Below are positions 28,801 through 36,161 of a DNA stretch of 64,000 bases, piece after piece. Made by a program: the position numbers and the translations under genes. The stretch is taken from NCBI RefSeq assembly GCF_052044285.1, contig NZ_JBQEMT010000001.1; one strand, 5' to 3'. The notes beneath the pieces were generated by a model. The model was given only the letters and a program-made list of their open reading frames with translations. It was not told the origin of the DNA and searched no databases. Positions within the stretch are counted from its first letter, which is position 1, and each line of letters begins with the position of its first letter. The DNA is from Niabella sp. 22666. Its GTDB lineage: Bacteria; Bacteroidota; Bacteroidia; Chitinophagales; Chitinophagaceae.

Positions 28801-30729
28801 AGACTGTGAAGCATCATCAATTTTTAATTGATTGATGATATCAATCAACATTTCCAACGCGCCGGCGATATCCGTACTTTGCTGTTCCAGTGCTTTTACT
28901 TCCACCACTTTTACAGCCTGCGGTAAGGCTTCCCGCAATTGCTGTATCTGCAACTGGTAGGGCTGCAGCGCATCGTCGCGGAGCAGGAATTCGACACAGG
29001 CGTTAGACAGTTCATCCGATTTTTCGGTCAGTGTCTTTTCATGTGCCGTTAATACCGCCTCATCGGTATAAGCTACTTTTTTTAAAGTGATCAATTCTCC
29101 CTTCAACAATCGCAGGGCCGACAATAGCTTTACATAGTCCTGTAATGTTTCTTTCTTTGAAGTGCGCACATCAAACACCAGCTTCGAAACTTTTTCTTCA
29201 GCATCTGCCATCAATTTAGCAGCGTTGGAACGCATCTCCACTACTTTCTTGAACTCATCAATGGCATTCGTAGCTATTTGTTTCAAATCGGTTAGCGCTG
29301 CTGCAAACTGGTAATGACCATTATCCTGCATCCAGAAATAGGAGTCGTAAATGTCCCGGCTTTTATCCAGTATATCATCATACAGTCCTTCGTAATTATC
29401 CGGCTGATCGAGCAATACCAGCAATTCTCTTACTTCTGCCATTGCCTGAACAATCGGCTTGTTGCCTATCTTATATAAGTGATGCTGGCTCAGGGTTTCA
29501 TTCAGTACCATTTCTTTGGTGAAAGGCGTTTGCCATACCTGTATCAGGTGATGGCGTGTAGGATCTTTCTCAGCAATGAAATACAGCAACTGCCCGTTCT
29601 CAAAAATGGTAAACCCATTACAAAGAATAGGCGTTTGTACCTGCTGTTCAATTACATTGTAGGAAAGCAGGATATAGCTATGGCTATTCTCCTGGTAAAA
29701 CACATACAAAAAATCCTCCCCATTAGGTGCATCAATGCGACCGCTGAACTTTACCTGCTCCAGCTTACGGTCAAATATCTTATGCTCTCCATTCTGAAGA
29801 TAGTAGCCATTAGATAGTAGTAAGCCCTGCGCTTCGGGCAGCAATAAACCCGCATCAGCTAAAGTTTCCGCCCGAACAACTGTCTTTAAACGGTCATTAA
29901 AAATAAAATACCGATCATCTTCGAGATAAGGCTTAATACGTAACAAAATGATGTTGCCTAGATCAGCATAGTAGATCTCGCCGTCATCCAATGTCTGGTC
30001 CTTCTGCTCTACATCCTCGTGATAAATACCTTTACCCGTGTCCGTATTATCTTCTATCTTAATTGACAGATCACCATTAATGGTCTCTACAAAAACCCGG
30101 TCGAGTATGGATACATGCGGATTTTTACCGGTGCGCTGCATATCGCGCGTAGCTTTCGTCCACTCAAAATCATGTTGCGACGGATACTTGATTTCGTGAG
30201 CGCTACGGCCGTCCATAAACTGCAGGCTCTCGCCTTCTATCAGCCATTTAAAAGCCTTTATATCCTGTACATTGGCAGTCTGCTGAAAAACCATGTACAA
30301 CAAGTTACCTTTTACATGAAAGCGGGAAAAAGAAGCATTGCGATAATACTTATACAGGTTTTTAAACTCGATCACGAACTCTTCCTGCTCCAGCAACGAA
30401 AGGTTTTGTGAAACGAACTCTTTCCCGTCAAAACGGTAAATGCTGAATACATCAGCGATACCGATATCCTGCTTTAAGCCAAACTGCACATTGTAGCCCA
30501 ATATGCAAAGATTGCCAAGAGCCAGAATATCCTTGGCTATACAATTATTGGTGGTATTAATTCTGAGGTTAGCTAACAGTTCAAATGCTGTTGCACCAAA
30601 CACTTCCTTACGTTCCTTATTCAGCAACGCAACATTATCCAGTATTTTATTTTTCTGTACCTGCAGCCTTTGAAGAATGACTTCATAGGCGCCGGAGTCC
30701 ATTTGTATTTCAGTAGTATTTTCTGACAT
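25891..30729 (-). CDS. Giant (1612 aa) coiled-coil protein with a C-terminal AAA+ (AAA_5 / MoxR-dynein-McrB-like) ATPase domain; no family recognised
   Basis: Walker A VSPPGYGKTTLMEYIA sits near residue 1255-1265 (about 26.93-26.96 kb). Walker B is VMLYIDDIQHCN, and FALVMAGNPY is a sensor-1-like motif. Roughly residues 480-830 are a heptad-rich coiled-coil block, and the N-terminal 470 aa or so have no motif I recognise. Confidence 0.7.
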   Translation of the reverse strand: MSENTTEIQMDSGAYEVILQRLQVQKNKILDNVALLNKERKEVFGATAFELLANLRINTTNNCIAKDILALGNLCILGYNVQFGLKQDIGIADVFSIYRFDGKEFVSQNLSLLEQEEFVIEFKNLYKYYRNASFSRFHVKGNLLYMVFQQTANVQDIKAFKWLIEGESLQFMDGRSAHEIKYPSQHDFEWTKATRDMQRTGKNPHVSILDRVFVETINGDLSIKIEDNTDTGKGIYHEDVEQKDQTLDDGEIYYADLGNIILLRIKPYLEDDRYFIFNDRLKTVVRAETLADAGLLLPEAQGLLLSNGYYLQNGEHKIFDRKLEQVKFSGRIDAPNGEDFLYVFYQENSHSYILLSYNVIEQQVQTPILCNGFTIFENGQLLYFIAEKDPTRHHLIQVWQTPFTKEMVLNETLSQHHLYKIGNKPIVQAMAEVRELLVLLDQPDNYEGLYDDILDKSRDIYDSYFWMQDNGHYQFAAALTDLKQIATNAIDEFKKVVEMRSNAAKLMADAEEKVSKLVFDVRTSKKETLQDYVKLLSALRLLKGELITLKKVAYTDEAVLTAHEKTLTEKSDELSNACVEFLLRDDALQPYQLQIQQLREALPQAVKVVEVKALEQQSTDIAGALEMLIDIINQLKIDDASQSAKIIENISQLFSSLNQLRTQIQNQRSELNKKESQAEFQAQMTLLDQSIINFLDMADSTEKVNEYLSKLTIQLEEIEMRFADWDEVQVHTSEKRQMLYDSFEARKVQLLEQKNKKAGQLQQAAERIITGVKNKAKNLESESEINAFFSSDLMVDRARQMAQELAAMEDATKSEEILQQLLVVQQEAIRNLKDRKELYVDGAQILAMGKHRFAIQSQNVALTLTNRDGVYNYHITGTSYFEPIHHPELETLKAVMDQEYGSESKAVPRAVYLAWRILQQYTADVNPAAAELEHQVNVYLTAHPSEGYVKGVHDKDALLLATHWLQLRMGLGILSYLPEERALAHMFWHYLPAAEKEDLTRKITAVKFLKTHYSQQKEIELFIKEAAEGVAAFIQKEFPYVDLDVQAAAAYLYGSPAGVTMVSHADNDIFIAFKKHLKADFIDKKYQEYMQELKDKPAMLWALVESWLYRFAVKTQIDIPSDLMMELTAMLITEGNTRIETDDDHHVIEITGLQSVQQDGNVFVLDHYHWVRLLKDHDAHIVPQFLRLQQLKKELLLQKSRQLNLENFKTEVLTSFVRNQLINQVYFPLIGANFSKQIGESGDAKRSDRSGLLLLVSPPGYGKTTLMEYIADRLGLVFIKINGPSLGHTITSVDPGEAKDAAAKSELRKLNLALEMGDNVMLYIDDIQHCNTEFLQKFISLADGQRRMDGVFNNEPKTYDLRGKRFALVMAGNPYTESGEIFKIPDMLSNRADIYNLGDMTSVNKAQFEMSMLENALMANTHLRKLSQSGMENLYKLVAYVQDPERNLPNLDGNFTASEIQDFIQVVKHALQVRATVLKVNETYIQSAGIMDTFREEPPFKLQGSYRNMNKILSSIIPIMTEGEVTELVSTHYKNESQTLTKDAEANLLKLKEIMGLLTEEERSRWEDIKKEFKKYRMLKGLGDQDKFSQIIAQMNQFVDGLEGIKEVLRGK

Positions 30730-30968
30730 AGTATTGTGCTTCGAAAACGATGAAACAGGGCTAACAATTTTTAATACAAGAAGAAATAGGCTCGCGGTGT
30801 TTTACCTTCCCTGATTAATTTCAGGATACGGACCAGCCAGCTATTTCGTCTTTTCGACGATTGTTTCTGAAAGAAACAGAGGAGAAATCTCCCTCTTTTG
30901 AGAGATTTCTCCCTCATAGCCTTTGGCTAAGATGGTCGAAATGACGTCTTCATTTTACATCCGTAAAC
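30730..30968 (-). promoter_or_regulatory. Structured spacer between flotillin and the giant ATPase gene (three hairpins)
   Basis: ggagaaatctc-cctctttt-gagagatttctcc is an 11-bp stem. tgtttctgaaagaaaca and cgtcttttcgacg are also inverted repeats. Confidence 0.4.
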
Positions 30969-33032
30969 CTACCCCTTCAGCTGCTGTATTTTTTTATTCT
31001 CAATACCCAAACCTTTGGCAAAGCTGAGGAGGTTGTTTAAAAAGCCTTTGTCTGATCCTGTTGCTGATGTTTGAATACGGGCTACTAATGCTGCAATAGA
31101 AAGATTCTTGATATCCTCGCTGCTTACATCATATTTATCAGCCAGGTTGCGGATCTTACCAATGATGTTTTCTTCACCATCACCCTGCCCCAGAAGATTA
31201 TCGGATAGTTGTGATAAATGATACGAGTTATCGATCAGCTTATCCAGGCCTTTACCATTCGACACCTGGCGCACCACGTTATCAAAGAAAGTATTATCAC
31301 CACCCACAATATCGATCTTCGCATTCCTGAACGCCTCACCTAATACGCTGGCCTGTGCTTCAGCAATATCTTTCTGGATATGGATCTCAGCCAATGCAAT
31401 TTCTTTATCCTTCTGCAAGGTAAGACGGAACTCCTCGTGCTCTTTACCTGCATCATTCAGCTTTTTAATGGCCAGTGATTTTTCATCGATACCTTTTGCT
31501 TCCGCTACAATTTTTTCACGGATCACTTCAGCTTCTGCCAGCCCTTCTTTACGTTTGGCTTCTGCCCTGGCTTCTATACCGGCCGCTTCAGCAATAGCGG
31601 TTTTTTCAATCACTGCTGCGTCCACCAAACCTTGTCTTTCCAATGCCTCAGCCTTAGCCAGCATTACCTGCGCCTCAGACATACCTACTGTAGCTTCTTC
31701 TTTGGCCTTAGCATCAGCAATTACTTTACGCGCCTCCGCTTCTTTGCCTGCAGCTTCTTTGCGGGCATTCGCTTCAATCAATACTTTCTGCGCTTCGTGA
31801 GCCGCCGCTTTTTCCTGTGATTCAGCTCTCTTTACTTCTTCAATCAACTTAGCTTCTGCATCCTGGCTCGCTTTGATCACCGCTGCCTCTTTTGAACGAT
31901 TAGCTTCTTTCAACACCTGAACGTCTTTTATTTTCTCCTGCTCTTCTACCACTGTTTTTTCTAATGCCACCCTTTCACGAATAGCATCCTGTATGTTTTT
32001 CTTTTCGATCTCAACGGCCTTATCTTTTTCAATACTGGCTAATGCTACCACACGCTCACGCTCGGTTAACTCCAGGTATTTATCTTTTAATACACGTTCT
32101 GTTTCTACCGCTTCTGCACGCTCTTTGTTTTTAGCTGCAATAATCACCTGCCTCAATTTGTTTTCTTCCTGTATCAGCAATTGCTCCTCTGTTTGTATCC
32201 TTATCCTTTCTGAACGCAGGCGCTCCGTTTCTTTCACCGAATCAATTTCGGCCTGCTCACGCGATTTTATATTTTCAATTTCCCTGCGCTGCGATTCTTC
32301 TTTCTCTTTTAACTGGCGCTCTAATTCCAATATAGCTTCCCGGGTTTCCACATCCTGCTTTTTTATAGTACGCTCTTCATCCCTGCGGATCTGGTTCGCT
32401 TTTATATTTTGCACCGCGGTTAACTCGGTAATTTTCTTGATACCTTCTGCATCCAGGATATTCTCCCTGTCCAATAGTTCTACACGGGTTTGCTCCAGGT
32501 AATCTATGGCACAATCATCCAATACATATCCGTTCAAATCGGTACCTATGATATTAATAATCTCTTCTCTAAACTCGCGACGAGCTTCATACAGTTCAAT
32601 GAAATCAAATTTCTTACCAACTGTTTTTAATGCCTCCGAAAATTTAGATTCAAAGAGATCCGTTAAAGTTTCATGCGAAGACGCCCTGTCTGTGCCAATA
32701 GTTTGCGCTACGTTGATGATATCATCTACCGATTTATTAACACGCACGAAAAAGGCCACTTTGATATCTGCTCGCATATTGTCTTTACAGATCAACCCCT
32801 CACGGCCCATGCGCTCTATATCCAGCTTTTTTACAGAGATGTCCATCACTTCTTGTTTGTGTAAGATGGGAATGACGAGGCCTGCATTGAAAAATACTTT
32901 TACGCCACCCTGGCCGGTACGGATGAGCACTTTACCCTGACTTACTTTTTTGTACATCGAAATGAGCCAGAAAATAAGCCCGATAACGACAAGCACTAAG
33001 AAAGCAGCAGTAATGTAGAACGAGTAATTCAT
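30969..33032 (-). CDS. Flotillin family protein (SPFH/band-7, YqiK-like) with a long coiled-coil C-terminus
   Basis: An N-terminal TM helix, an SPFH domain (GKVLIRTGQGGVKVF...) and about 400 aa of EA/KE-rich coiled coil. Confidence 0.85.
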   Translation of the reverse strand: MNYSFYITAAFLVLVVIGLIFWLISMYKKVSQGKVLIRTGQGGVKVFFNAGLVIPILHKQEVMDISVKKLDIERMGREGLICKDNMRADIKVAFFVRVNKSVDDIINVAQTIGTDRASSHETLTDLFESKFSEALKTVGKKFDFIELYEARREFREEIINIIGTDLNGYVLDDCAIDYLEQTRVELLDRENILDAEGIKKITELTAVQNIKANQIRRDEERTIKKQDVETREAILELERQLKEKEESQRREIENIKSREQAEIDSVKETERLRSERIRIQTEEQLLIQEENKLRQVIIAAKNKERAEAVETERVLKDKYLELTERERVVALASIEKDKAVEIEKKNIQDAIRERVALEKTVVEEQEKIKDVQVLKEANRSKEAAVIKASQDAEAKLIEEVKRAESQEKAAAHEAQKVLIEANARKEAAGKEAEARKVIADAKAKEEATVGMSEAQVMLAKAEALERQGLVDAAVIEKTAIAEAAGIEARAEAKRKEGLAEAEVIREKIVAEAKGIDEKSLAIKKLNDAGKEHEEFRLTLQKDKEIALAEIHIQKDIAEAQASVLGEAFRNAKIDIVGGDNTFFDNVVRQVSNGKGLDKLIDNSYHLSQLSDNLLGQGDGEENIIGKIRNLADKYDVSSEDIKNLSIAALVARIQTSATGSDKGFLNNLLSFAKGLGIENKKIQQLKG

Positions 33033-33052
33033 AAATTGAGTTGTTTTAATAG

Positions 33053-33682
33053 TTATAGGTTGTAAGATTGTACTAAATAAAATTTTTCGTCAGATGAGGC
33101 TTCTAATATAATCACCTGTTCCCCGGTTTTATATTCTTCATCGGTCATCGATTTGGCATATACCCTTATCACATCACTTTCATGTTTTATTTCTATCTGC
33201 CCGATTTTGTTTTGCCTGATGCCCGCCACTACGGTACCTACTTTACCAATGAAGTCAATGCTCTGCTCGCCCTTATGATTGAACATCCGGTAGAGCTTTA
33301 AAAAGGGCATGGCCACTACCTTTGTTAATAAAAGCCCCACAATAAACGCAGGCAGGTATAATACAAAACCAATCCATTTATCCTCCCATCCCAGTAAAGG
33401 CGTAACGTTTACCAAAATAAGCCACATAAAAATGCTTACTAATGACAGGATAAACAGGATAGGCAGCTCGCCAATATAAAAGAATTTCAAAACGCTGTCC
33501 CAGGCACTGTCTCCGCTATGTTGCGTTTCGGGGTGATCATGATCTAAATCAGCGTCCGCATCAGTCACGTCTAAATCGAGACCCGTAAAAATGGTAATGA
33601 TCCAGTAAATAGCAAACAATATAGCAAACAGTGTTGCTATAAAATTTACTTTGGAAAAAGCGATGTGAAAAAACTCCTGCAT
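33053..33682 (-). CDS. YqiJ-like / NfeD-family membrane protein (flotillin partner)
   Basis: 209 aa with TM helices plus a C-terminal OB-like domain (GKVGTVVAGIRQNKIGQIEI...). It sits in the canonical position upstream of flotillin. Confidence 0.6.
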   Translation of the reverse strand: MQEFFHIAFSKVNFIATLFAILFAIYWIITIFTGLDLDVTDADADLDHDHPETQHSGDSAWDSVLKFFYIGELPILFILSLVSIFMWLILVNVTPLLGWEDKWIGFVLYLPAFIVGLLLTKVVAMPFLKLYRMFNHKGEQSIDFIGKVGTVVAGIRQNKIGQIEIKHESDVIRVYAKSMTDEEYKTGEQVIILEASSDEKFYLVQSYNL

Positions 33683-33717
33683 GTTGGTTTGGGTTTGATG
33701 TTATGATTTATTGATGA

Positions 33718-34155
33718 TCAGCTTTTCATATACATGCCGCGGGACCAGTCACTCTGTTTTTCATGATTCAATGAATTACCGATGACCGGTGCAGGCCTTT
33801 TGTGTCGTATTTCGAGAAGCCAATAAATAAAATTACCAATGCCGCTTAATAATATGATGATCAAAATCCATACAATCCGCATATTCCCATTTTCCAGCAA
33901 TGGATTTTGAGCGGCATGCAACACAAAGTAAACAGTACTTATTATAAAAAACGCCGATACTCCCAGGGACAAGACAAGAAACAAATTGACATTATCAAAC
34001 CCATCAGCTAACCATGATTGCAAAGGCTCTATTTTATAAGTACCGCTGACTGCTGAAACGAAAAACGCTAAATAAACCATAAAGCTAAGCGCAAACAGTA
34101 TCACTGGCACCACAGCCAAAAGGGTTTGAACCGGTTTATTGTTAAGTAGTCTCAT
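33718..34155 (-). CDS. Small 4-TM membrane protein, PLDc_N-like (PF13396-type)
   Basis: MRIVWILIIILLSGIGNFIYWLLEIRHKR resembles the cardiolipin-synthase N-terminal small membrane domain. Confidence 0.4.
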   Translation of the reverse strand: MRLLNNKPVQTLLAVVPVILFALSFMVYLAFFVSAVSGTYKIEPLQSWLADGFDNVNLFLVLSLGVSAFFIISTVYFVLHAAQNPLLENGNMRIVWILIIILLSGIGNFIYWLLEIRHKRPAPVIGNSLNHEKQSDWSRGMYMKS

Positions 34156-34183
34156 TGTTTAAACTTTTTTGAGAAAACAGTAA

Positions 34184-34909
34184 TCAGGATGATGCACCGT
34201 TTTGCCCTTTGTCATTATCAATGCCCAACTGGCTTTTTAATTGAGCTAATTCATCTTCCACAGAAATCTCTTCAATGATCTTGTTTACTTTTTCATCGTT
34301 GCTTTCTTCTTTCTGGTTCATTTCTCCATAAGCCTGGGCCAGCGCTTCCTCATCCAGTACTTTATCTTTCATACGCTCCAGCATAGATGCCACACTATTG
34401 GAATCCATCTTCATCAGCTGTTTGTTGATCTGCTGCGTAGCGTTACTAACTTTAACCCTGGCTTTCAGTGTTTTCAATTCGCTCTCCCATTGGGTAATGC
34501 TCAGTTTGATCTTGGTAACATTGCCTTCCAGCGCGGTTACCTGCTGTTGTAAAGATGCTACCTGTTGATCAGCCTCGGTTATTTTCCGGGTGATATCCGC
34601 TTTCTTCCTTAGGTTTTCTTTTACTAACTGGTCAGCTTCTTCACTTTGTACCGCACCTTCCTGCGCTTTCTTCAGCAATAATACTGATTTGTTATGTATA
34701 GTTTCCTGCTCTCCGCGATATTGTTTCAACTCATTTCCGCGACGGATATGCATGGCCTTTACTTCAGCCAAAGCCCTGTTAGCCTGGTCCAGTTCGGTGT
34801 GCAGATCCCTGAGGCCCTGTTCAATCATTTTAATGGGATCTTCCAGCTTATCGATGGCCGAATGGGTTTCAGCCTGTCCTATTTTAAAAAGTCTTTGAAA
34901 AATATTCAT
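34184..34909 (-). CDS. pspA: PspA/IM30 (Vipp1/ESCRT-III-like) family protein
   Basis: MNIFQRLFKIGQAETHSAIDKLEDPIKMIEQGLRDLHTELDQANRALAEV... is an all-helical coiled coil of 241 aa. Confidence 0.85.
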   Translation of the reverse strand: MNIFQRLFKIGQAETHSAIDKLEDPIKMIEQGLRDLHTELDQANRALAEVKAMHIRRGNELKQYRGEQETIHNKSVLLLKKAQEGAVQSEEADQLVKENLRKKADITRKITEADQQVASLQQQVTALEGNVTKIKLSITQWESELKTLKARVKVSNATQQINKQLMKMDSNSVASMLERMKDKVLDEEALAQAYGEMNQKEESNDEKVNKIIEEISVEDELAQLKSQLGIDNDKGQNGASS

Positions 34910-34935
34910 GGCATTCTTTTTTTAATGATGATTAA

Positions 34936-35322
34936 TTATTTGCTGAACTTCATTATTTCATTAGAATATTCTGAAAGTAACAGCGATAACGAATTAATGG
35001 TGGTTTCCAGTTCGCGTTTGTCGAGCGATTCTACCTGTAAGGTGTTACGGAAGATCACTTTTTCACCGGTTTCATCCAGTACAAAAGCGCCGTGCACAAT
35101 GTCCCTGTTCTTGATCAGCAGCTCACGGTAAACGGAGTCGCTATTGCAATTAAACAGGTACTGCTCAACAATTAAAATAGGGTTAGCAACGCCCAGTACC
35201 ATATTTCTGATTCCATATTCCTGCTTGTCTATAACGATGATGCCATCGTTTTCATTTTCGTATAAGACTTCATAGTCAAGCTCGGTAACATAGTTTTTTA
35301 CTTTACTAAAAAAACTCTCCAT
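34936..35322 (-). CDS. Hypothetical cytoplasmic protein, possibly YbjN-like
   Basis: 128 aa and the first gene of the cluster. The YbjN-like call is weak. Confidence 0.3.
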   Translation of the reverse strand: MESFFSKVKNYVTELDYEVLYENENDGIIVIDKQEYGIRNMVLGVANPILIVEQYLFNCNSDSVYRELLIKNRDIVHGAFVLDETGEKVIFRNTLQVESLDKRELETTINSLSLLLSEYSNEIMKFSK

Positions 35323-35477
35323 TCAGTGTGTTTTAAGTTTTTTACAAATAGATTGCGCAACCTGAAAACAAATCTAATACGAAATTTTCAATTATGCAAA
35401 TATTATTAGCAATATTTTTATAAATTGTTATTTTTATTTGCAATAATGTTACCTATTTTTGCTAAAACGGAACAACC

Positions 35478-36095
35478 ATGTCGAATTTTGGTTCTAATAT
35501 TAAAAAGATACGTAGCTTAAAGAACTATACGCAACAGCATTTGGCAGATATTCTGGGCTTAACCCGCGCCGCTGTAAGTTCTTATGAAGAAGGAAGAGCA
35601 GAACCTAAAATAGAAACGCTGATGCGGGCTTCGCAGATATTTGGTGTAAGCGTAGATGATTTTATCAATAAAAAATTAACGGTTAACGAGGTATCGCACT
35701 TTAAAGTACCTGAAATTGCTCCCAAAATAGCCCCAGATGAAAAACCAGAAACATTCTTCCCTGAAAATGCCAATTGGGTTAGCATCAGAAATGCTACTAT
35801 TATTGACAACAGGTTTCATGAAAATCAAATATTATTAGCAAAAGAAGATGAAATAAGCACATCGCAGCCACAAATTATTTATACGGATAATACTGTTTTT
35901 ATCGCTTCGGCTAAAAAGATAGAGAGCAGTAACCTTATAGCCGGAAACTATACGATTGCTTTAAATGACATCACCCTTACGAAAACGATCCTGGGCTGGT
36001 ATCAGCCTTTAAGTCAGGAAGGAAGCGGAAATATTTTTGAGGAGTTGGAAACCATAAAAAGCAGGCTCTTAGCTTTAGAACAAAAAATCGGATAG
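35478..36095 (+). CDS. XRE-family HTH regulator with a 130-aa C-terminal domain of unknown function, divergent from the pspA/flotillin cluster
   Basis: IKKIRSLKNYTQQHLADILGLTRAAVSSYEEGRAEPKIETLMRASQIFGVSVDDFI is an HTH_3 motif. The C-terminal domain has no S24 peptidase signature. A TAttTTTG -7-like box lies 17 nt upstream of the ATG. Confidence 0.7.
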   Translation: MSNFGSNIKKIRSLKNYTQQHLADILGLTRAAVSSYEEGRAEPKIETLMRASQIFGVSVDDFINKKLTVNEVSHFKVPEIAPKIAPDEKPETFFPENANWVSIRNATIIDNRFHENQILLAKEDEISTSQPQIIYTDNTVFIASAKKIESSNLIAGNYTIALNDITLTKTILGWYQPLSQEGSGNIFEELETIKSRLLALEQKIG

Positions 36096-36161
36096 TATAG
36101 CAAAACTGCAAGAACGTTACAAAATTGTGCAGCAAGTTGCTGCGCAAATGCAAACAAAGCG

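Noticed and set aside
31468-32940. Several plus-strand ORFs of 110-169 aa inside the flotillin gene
   Set aside because: They are Ser/Ala/Phe-rich antisense artefacts of the Glu/Ala/Lys-rich coiled-coil coding region.
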